Assembly: GCA_016861205.1 (NCBI GenBank)
Contig: BOKX01000001.1
Location: 200,539-264,538, forward strand
Reading direction: 5' to 3'
Length of the DNA stretch: 64,000 nucleotides
Origin: Patescibacteria group bacterium
Lineage (GTDB): Bacteria; Patescibacteriota; Microgenomatia; UBA1400; PJMF01
Made by a program: the position numbers and the translations under genes. The notes below the pieces were generated by a model. That model saw only the letters and a list, made by a program, of their open reading frames with translations, did not search any database and was not told the origin of the DNA. Below are positions 56,883 to 64,000 of this stretch, piece after piece. How positions within the stretch are numbered: position 1 is the first letter of the stretch; each line of letters begins with the position of its first letter.

Positions 56883-57302
56883 CTAGATGCCGGCTTTGCG
56901 ACTGCGCTCAGCCACCTTGATTTCCAGCAGGGCTCGGCGTAACTCGGCTTCCGCTCTAAGCAGTTCTTCACGGTCACGACTGGTAACCAAGACCTGTTCG
57001 GCCTCAGTCACGGCAGCTTGAGCTTTTTGAACGCTAATATCTCGGTCTGCTACTGCGGTGTCAACAATAACCATAACTGTGTTATCAGGGCCAACGTCCA
57101 AGAAGCCCTTCGAGACTACAAAACTGTGGTCTTTGCCATCAACCTTGTAACGAAGTTCTCCTGTCTGCAATGGCGAGAATAATGGCACGTGGTGTGGCAA
57201 AATGGTAACTTCCCCAGCTTGGGTGGGAGCCGTAACAGCCTCTACCGCTGCGTTGAGTAGTTCCTTATCTTGCGACACAATCGTCAAGGTTAGTTTAGCC
57301 AT
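56883..57302 (-). CDS. atpC: F1 ATP synthase epsilon subunit
   Basis: 139 aa. Beta-sandwich N-domain pattern. Last gene of the atp operon. Confidence 0.85.
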   Translation of the reverse strand: MAKLTLTIVSQDKELLNAAVEAVTAPTQAGEVTILPHHVPLFSPLQTGELRYKVDGKDHSFVVSKGFLDVGPDNTVMVIVDTAVADRDISVQKAQAAVTEAEQVLVTSRDREELLRAEAELRRALLEIKVAERSRKAGI

Positions 57303-57322
57303 AAGTAGTTCCGTGCTTTTAA

Positions 57323-58735
<1,413 letters not shown>

Positions 58736-59605
58736 TTATTTGATAGTCAGAGCAGCCGTGGTGATGTCCAACAACTCATTGGTGATCGAGGCTTGCCGTG
58801 ATTTATTAAAGAGTAGTTTCAACTCACTGACCAGGTCTTTTGCGTTTTCGCTGGCGTTTTTCATCGAGACCATTCGAGCACTGTGCTCACTAGCCTTTGC
58901 CTCCAAAAAAGACTGATAAATAGTATTTTCTAGGTAGTATGGTAGTAGCTGTGACAGAATTTCTTGTGGTGAGGGCTCAAACAGATACTCGCTTTTGATT
59001 TCCGGCACTACCATGGTATCGTCTCGATACGACAGGTCTTGGGTCAATGGCAACAAGGGCATGACACGGACTTTTTGTGATAAGGTGTTGATAAAGTCCA
59101 TGTAAATAATAGTAACTGATTTAAAAGATTGATCTAGGAATCCATTCATGACCAAAGTGCTAATTGGTAGCACATCACTGTTGGTAAGTTTATCTGGCAA
59201 ACTAGTGAACTGGGCGTGCACATTGAGTCCAAACAGTTTGCTAAAAGTGATAGCTTTTTTACCCACCGCGACTACGGCTGGATTGCTGAGCGTTCGGTAC
59301 TCATGAACTAATGACTTAAAAAGGAGCGTGTTCAAGCTACCGCAGAGACCTTTGTCAGTAGCGATGACGAGCAAAATATCTAAGCCAGACTCGTGTTGAG
59401 ACAACAGAGGGTGGAGTGAAGGATCGGTAAATTGTCCTAACTTACTGAGTGACCGATGCAAGGCGCGTGAGTATGGCCGGGTAGCCACTGCTTGGTCTTG
59501 GGAGCGACGCATTTTGCTCGCCGCGACCATCTCCATAGCCTTGGTGATCTTGGAGATGTTTTGTGATGCACTGATCCGGCGTTTAATTTGTCGAGTATTA
59601 GCCAT
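58736..59605 (-). CDS. atpG: F1 ATP synthase gamma subunit
   Basis: 289 aa. Gamma N- and C-terminal helices. Confidence 0.9.
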   Translation of the reverse strand: MANTRQIKRRISASQNISKITKAMEMVAASKMRRSQDQAVATRPYSRALHRSLSKLGQFTDPSLHPLLSQHESGLDILLVIATDKGLCGSLNTLLFKSLVHEYRTLSNPAVVAVGKKAITFSKLFGLNVHAQFTSLPDKLTNSDVLPISTLVMNGFLDQSFKSVTIIYMDFINTLSQKVRVMPLLPLTQDLSYRDDTMVVPEIKSEYLFEPSPQEILSQLLPYYLENTIYQSFLEAKASEHSARMVSMKNASENAKDLVSELKLLFNKSRQASITNELLDITTAALTIK

Positions 59606-61121
59606 TTTGTTGCCACTCGGGATGAATATTGTTGAAACTGGTAATGGCGGCTTTCAAAGCTTCTGCAGTCTCGTCAGTAATCTTTAAATCTTTCACAATC
59701 GAACTGAGCAATTCTGGATAAGCTGAGTGAATGTACTCGAGGTAACCGCGCTCCCAATCTTGGATAGCATCAACTCGAATTGCATCAAGATATCCATTTA
59801 CTGCTGCGTAGATGACCACCACTTGATCTTCGACCTTGAGTGGCGTGTCCCAACCTTGTTTGAGGATCGAACTGACTCGGGTTCCTCGGTCGAGCTGGGT
59901 CTTTGTTTTGTCATCTAAGTCTGAACTAAACTGGGCAAAAGCTTGTAGCTCACGGTACTGTGCCAAGTCAAGTTTCATGGTACCGGCCACCTGCTTCATG
60001 GCTTTGATTTGGGCTGATGAACCGACACGTGACACAGATAAACCGACGTTGATAGCAGGCTTTACACCAGCGTTGAACAAGTCAGTTTCAAGGTAGATCT
60101 GGCCGTCTGTAATAGAGATGACGTTTGTAGGCACGAAGGCTGACACGTCATTGGCCTGGGTTTCGATGATAGGCAGCGCGGTAATCGAGCCACCACCATA
60201 CTTAGCGTTTAAGCGGCAGGCGCGCTCCAACAAGCGAGAGTGCAAGTAGAAAACGTCGCCAGGATAAGCTTCACGACCTGAAGGTCGACGCAGCAAGAGT
60301 GAAATTTCACGATATGCCTGAGCATGCTTGGTCAAGTCATCGTAAATGATCAGGACGTCTTTACCCTGCTCCAAGAAGTACTCGGCAGCAGCTAAACCGG
60401 CATATGGGGCCAAGAATTGTTGAGCGGCTGGCTCAGCAGCGGTGGCGGCCACAATGATGGTGTAGTCCATTGCTCCTCGATCGGCGAGGATTTGTTTAGT
60501 CTGAGCCAAAGTGGAGCCTTTTTGACCGATGCTGACATAGACACAGATCATGTTTTGGTCAGCTTGGTTCAGAATTGTACCCAACGCGATGGCGGTTTTA
60601 CCAGTAGCCCGGTCACCGATGATCAACTCACGTTGACCACGGCCAATTGGGATCATGGCATCGATAGCTTTAATACCAGTTTGCAAAGGCACGGTGACAG
60701 ATTGACGAGTCATGACACCTGGAGCAATACGCTCCAAGAGCATTTGCTTTTCGACTGGAAACTGAGGTTTGCCGTCAACTGGTTGACCTAAAGCATTGAT
60801 GGTTCGACCGAGAATCTCGTCGCCGACGCCAATGGAGAGAATGGTGCCAGTTCGTTTGACAACTGAGCCGGCTGAGAGGTGTCGAGTGTCACCCAACAGT
60901 ACCACGCCAACTTGGTTTTTTTCCAGGTTGAGGGCCAAACCGAACTGGTTGTTGCCAACGTCAATTAACTCACCAGCTTGCACATCATCTAAACCACGTA
61001 CTTGGGCGATGCCATCGCCAAAAGCAAAAATTTCGCCCACTGAACTAACAGTAGAAGACACTTCGGCTTTGGCCACCAGATCGGCCAGGGTTTGAGACAT
61101 AGTTGCAGATGATTTAGGCAT
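59598..61121 (-). CDS. atpA: F1 ATP synthase alpha subunit
   Basis: P-loop GDRATGKT and the alpha-specific pattern. 507 aa. Confidence 0.95.
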   Translation of the reverse strand: MPKSSATMSQTLADLVAKAEVSSTVSSVGEIFAFGDGIAQVRGLDDVQAGELIDVGNNQFGLALNLEKNQVGVVLLGDTRHLSAGSVVKRTGTILSIGVGDEILGRTINALGQPVDGKPQFPVEKQMLLERIAPGVMTRQSVTVPLQTGIKAIDAMIPIGRGQRELIIGDRATGKTAIALGTILNQADQNMICVYVSIGQKGSTLAQTKQILADRGAMDYTIIVAATAAEPAAQQFLAPYAGLAAAEYFLEQGKDVLIIYDDLTKHAQAYREISLLLRRPSGREAYPGDVFYLHSRLLERACRLNAKYGGGSITALPIIETQANDVSAFVPTNVISITDGQIYLETDLFNAGVKPAINVGLSVSRVGSSAQIKAMKQVAGTMKLDLAQYRELQAFAQFSSDLDDKTKTQLDRGTRVSSILKQGWDTPLKVEDQVVVIYAAVNGYLDAIRVDAIQDWERGYLEYIHSAYPELLSSIVKDLKITDETAEALKAAITSFNNIHPEWQQNG

Positions 61122-61140
61122 GCGACTCTTTCTGATCAGA

Positions 61141-61365
61141 TTACCACTCGGCTAACAACTGCTGTTTCACACTGTTGAGTTTGTGCTGCAGGCTACCATC
61201 GTATTCTCGAGAGCCGACGCGGACTTTTAAGCCGCCGATCAACTCTGGATCGACCACAGCGGTCACCTCAATCTTGCCCAATTTTTTGGTTAATTGAGCC
61301 GCGAGTGAATCGAGCTGCTTGGCGCTTAACTCAATAGCAGTAGTGATTGTGACAGGTGTTGACAT
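61141..61365 (-). CDS. atpH: ATP synthase delta (OSCP) subunit, unusually short (C-terminal domain only)
   Basis: 74 aa. [25 protein letters not shown] matches the delta C-terminal domain. An in-frame stop lies 3 codons upstream of the ATG, so no N-terminal domain can be encoded in this frame. Confidence 0.6.
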   Translation of the reverse strand: MSTPVTITTAIELSAKQLDSLAAQLTKKLGKIEVTAVVDPELIGGLKVRVGSREYDGSLQHKLNSVKQQLLAEW

Positions 61366-61374
61366 ACAGTTTGT

Positions 61375-61860
61375 TTATAAAGCTTTCAAAATAGTATTCA
61401 TCTCTTGATCGATGAGCTTGCTGTGAGCTTTGCTGTCCAGTTTCTCACCTAAAACCTTTGCTGAAGTGGCGATGACAGCATCGGTGAACTGAGCTTTCAA
61501 CTCTTTCACCATTTCTTTCTTTTCATTTTGCCACTCTGCTTGCAGTTTAGTGAGCTGGGCCTTGCCGTGCTCTTGCGTTTTTTGAATCAACTCTTGGCTG
61601 CGAACGTCAGCGTCTTTTTTAGCCTCATCCAAGATGGCGGCTGCGGCTTTTTCTGCGTCACGTTTGCTTTGCTTTTTGAGTGTCTCAATCGCATCCTTCT
61701 CTTCTATAACTGCTTGCGCAGCTTTTTGAGCCTCAGCGATTTTGTTAGAGCGCTCATCCAAAATTTTCTGGACGGGCTTGAACAGCAAGTACGTCAAAGC
61801 TCCAACTACCACCGAGAAGTTGACGATTTGGAACAAAATTTGGGGAAGTTGAATTTCCAT
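61375..61860 (-). CDS. atpF: Fo ATP synthase b subunit
   Basis: Single N-terminal TM then a long charged helix. 161 aa. Confidence 0.8.
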   Translation of the reverse strand: MEIQLPQILFQIVNFSVVVGALTYLLFKPVQKILDERSNKIAEAQKAAQAVIEEKDAIETLKKQSKRDAEKAAAAILDEAKKDADVRSQELIQKTQEHGKAQLTKLQAEWQNEKKEMVKELKAQFTDAVIATSAKVLGEKLDSKAHSKLIDQEMNTILKAL

Positions 61861-61882
61861 AGATACTTTGACCTTTCCTCAC

Positions 61883-62098
61883 TTAAACAAACTTCAAGAT
61901 CAAGGCTACCACTAATGAGTAGATAGCGATGGCTTCCGCAAAAGCGGCGCCCAAGATCATGTTAGTCTGAACTTTACTAGCTGCCTCTGGGTTGCGACCA
62001 ATCGCTTCCAAAGCCTTGCCCACCAATAAACCGATGGCTAAAGCTGGAGCAATACCGCCGACACCCATAACGAAGGCGACTGCAAAATCATTTGTCAT
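61883..62098 (-). CDS. atpE: Fo ATP synthase c subunit
   Basis: 71-aa hairpin proteolipid. The ion-binding carboxylate is in helix 2 (AFAEAIAIY). Confidence 0.85.
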   Translation of the reverse strand: MTNDFAVAFVMGVGGIAPALAIGLLVGKALEAIGRNPEAASKVQTNMILGAAFAEAIAIYSLVVALILKFV

Positions 62099-62116
62099 AA
62101 TTCCTCCTATTACTTT

Positions 62117-63103
62117 CTAATGATCATCATGGCCAATTGTAGCCATGTTAAAAAATACTACTGAAAGCATTGAGAATACGAGGGCTTGAATGACGCCCAC
62201 TACCACTTCCAGACCATAGAAAGGCATTGGCACCACCAGGGGCACCAAGAAGGTGATGACTGCGAGCAGCACTTCACCGGCAAAAATGTTTCCGAACAAC
62301 CGGAAAGCGAACGAAATAATTTTGGCGAACTCCAAGATGAGCTCCAAGATACCTACAAAGAAGCCGATTGGGCTACTGAAGTTGAAGAACTTGCCAAAGT
62401 AGCTGAGTTTTAAGTACATAACGCCAAAGACTTGGGTCATAAACACTGATACAAACGCCAACGCAATAGTGGTGTTCAAGTCAGCGGTCCCAGCTCGGAA
62501 GTAAGGTACAAACTTCGCTTCAGCGTGTTCTGCTTCTGCAGTGGTTGCCTCTTCGTGAACTTCCCCAGCTTCAACTTGCAGATCAATGGGACCTCCCACA
62601 ACCTCTTCTTCACCTGCTGGAGTGTGGGCTGGATCAACAACTTCTACAGCTGGTGCCGTGGTAGTTTCGCTAGCAGCTTCAGTTGAAGCTTGAGCAACTG
62701 TCCCTGGCAAAGTGACTTGGCTTGGTGATAGTTGGGCATGCTCTTCACCCTCTGGTTTCTCAAGATAGCCAATAGTTCCAACACCCGGTACCAAACCGAG
62801 CCAGTTGTTCATCATAATGAACAAAAAGAATGAAGCCACAAAAGGCAAAAAATGACGGGTTCGTTTTTCCGAACCCGTAACACCGTGAACTAAGCTGATG
62901 AGACCTTCCATCATCCATTCTGCAAAATTTTGCAGACCGGATGGACGGTTAGTTTGTTTAAGGCTAAAACGGACTGCGAAGGCAAAGGTGATTAAGAGGG
63001 CGCTGACTACTAAGCTAGTCAACATTGAGTTTGAAACGGTAAAGTTGCCAAAATGAGCAACTGGTTCTGCTGAGATTGAGATGTGGAGCCCGCCGGCTGA
63101 CAT
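62117..63103 (-). CDS. atpB: Fo ATP synthase a subunit (with ~90-aa acidic insertion)
   Basis: 328 aa. The C-terminal helices carry the conserved R (…FRLFGNIFAGEVLL…). An Ala/Glu/Thr-rich hydrophilic insert lies between the N-terminal helices. Confidence 0.8.
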   Translation of the reverse strand: MSAGGLHISISAEPVAHFGNFTVSNSMLTSLVVSALLITFAFAVRFSLKQTNRPSGLQNFAEWMMEGLISLVHGVTGSEKRTRHFLPFVASFFLFIMMNNWLGLVPGVGTIGYLEKPEGEEHAQLSPSQVTLPGTVAQASTEAASETTTAPAVEVVDPAHTPAGEEEVVGGPIDLQVEAGEVHEEATTAEAEHAEAKFVPYFRAGTADLNTTIALAFVSVFMTQVFGVMYLKLSYFGKFFNFSSPIGFFVGILELILEFAKIISFAFRLFGNIFAGEVLLAVITFLVPLVVPMPFYGLEVVVGVIQALVFSMLSVVFFNMATIGHDDH

Positions 63104-63192
63104 ATGTTAACTCTTCTAGGTTACAAAGCCTAAAAACCCTTCAGTGGCTTCTTCCGCGAAGTATGAAGGGGTGTAACATCTGTTACGTTTGG

Positions 63193-63220
63193 ATTATAAC
63201 GCGTCTAAAACTAAGAACAA
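63193..63220 (-). promoter_or_regulatory. candidate promoter of the atp operon (TTGTTC-N16-TATAAT on minus strand)
   Basis: Minus-strand TATAAT at 63198-63193 and TTGTTC at 63220-63215. Confidence 0.3.
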
Positions 63221-63258
63221 TACTCAATTTTACGCATCTTTGATGCATTGAGTTAGTA

Positions 63259-63999
63259 TTACTTAGCCAATACGATGATCGCTTTGTACTCGCCTTTGGG
63301 GTCTTCAGTACTAATAGTATTCTGGAAGGTCAAATCGAGTTCTGTGGCTTTCTCTAGCTCAGCGATGGCCGCAGCATCCTCAGTTTTCATCAGAACGTAC
63401 GTGCCTGGCTCATACTCACCTTTGGCATTGCCTGCAGAAACTTTCTTAAAGCCGTCTGTTTCTAGAGCTTTCTTCGTTTTGCCAGCATACCCAGCAATAG
63501 TAGTGGCATTCACAACCAAAATTTGATCACTGGCTTTATTGAGTTGTGCAGCCGGACTAGCAGTTGCAACTGGAGAAGGTGTTGGTTGTGCACTGGAGAC
63601 TGGGGACGGTGATGGTGAAGTAGCTGGTTTTGACATGAAGCCACCGCCAGCAAACTTCAAAAAGCCGAGGCCAATGCCCACGCCAACGACGACAGTAGCC
63701 ACAAACACAGCCAGTGTTAACAGTACCATTTTAAAGAACGAACTCCCGCCGGCCTTGTTTTTAATGACTGGTTTGATGGGCGTAACTGGTGCCGCTGGAG
63801 TTGCGGTTGGCATAGCAGGTTTTTTCTCTGATTCAGAAGTGTCATCTGATTCAGGTTCATGTGAGCTACTTGGTTCTGAGGATGTCTTGGCATCAGCCAT
63901 GCTACTATCATCGGTTTCAATACGATCGGTTTTTGAAGCCTCGTCGTCTAGTGACTCCACCTGGCTTGCTATTTCTGTTGTAGCTGTCTCAGATTTCAC
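63259..63999 (-). CDS. LytR_C-domain membrane protein (possibly N-terminally truncated by window end)
   Basis: Acidic N-terminal region, one TM (MVLLTLAVFVATVVVGVGIGL), a Pro/Ser linker, and a C-terminal LytR_C-like domain (ILVVNATTIAGYAGKTKKALETDGF). The first codon at 63999 is GTG, and the frame may continue past 64000. Confidence 0.5.
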   Translation of the reverse strand: MKSETATTEIASQVESLDDEASKTDRIETDDSSMADAKTSSEPSSSHEPESDDTSESEKKPAMPTATPAAPVTPIKPVIKNKAGGSSFFKMVLLTLAVFVATVVVGVGIGLGFLKFAGGGFMSKPATSPSPSPVSSAQPTPSPVATASPAAQLNKASDQILVVNATTIAGYAGKTKKALETDGFKKVSAGNAKGEYEPGTYVLMKTEDAAAIAELEKATELDLTFQNTISTEDPKGEYKAIIVLAK

Positions 64000-64000
64000 A

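Overview
The window is 64 kb from a small, gene-dense bacterial genome with about 50% GC. The T-box regulation and dockerin/cohesin-like surface proteins fit a Gram-positive-like lineage, possibly Saccharibacteria/CPR-like. That lineage call is inference only.

The right third (33-63 kb) is conserved housekeeping core, almost all on the minus strand:
- Glycolysis and ribosome: pyruvate kinase, enolase, ribosomal protein S21.
- HIT and DHH phosphoesterases.
- prolyl-tRNA synthetase and PRPP synthetase, with a T-box leader between them.
- SecA.
- seryl-tRNA synthetase, with a second T-box leader.
- A lysyl-tRNA synthetase carrying a C-terminal HD domain, followed upstream by an HDAC-family deacetylase and a hypothetical protein with a GNAT-like region.
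- flavodoxin with 2-oxoacid:ferredoxin oxidoreductase alpha and beta.
- GreA.
- A complete F1Fo ATP synthase operon atpBEF-(short H)-AGDC.

The left two thirds look accessory:
- A 1048-aa MmeI-like Type IIG restriction-modification enzyme in AT-richer DNA.
- A low-GC 3-kb segment abutting tRNA-His.
- A membrane SagB-type nitroreductase fused to a cytochrome-b5-like domain.
- A MarR regulator with a membrane-fusion + RND efflux pair, a near-consensus promoter and a palindromic operator.
- A 658-aa protein whose C-terminus looks like a RelE/ParE toxin fold.
- Three secreted proteins that together look like a cohesin-dockerin display system next to a GT39 glycosyltransferase: a beta-helix protein with a dockerin, a cohesin-like + dockerin protein, and a cohesin-like protein with a C-terminal membrane tail.

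Two tRNAs are present, His-GTG and Arg-TCT, both on the minus strand. No CRISPR array, rRNA or obvious integrase/transposase was seen.

The ORF track uses TTG/GTG as well as ATG for its most-upstream starts. Several starts were therefore moved to internal ATGs with better context.
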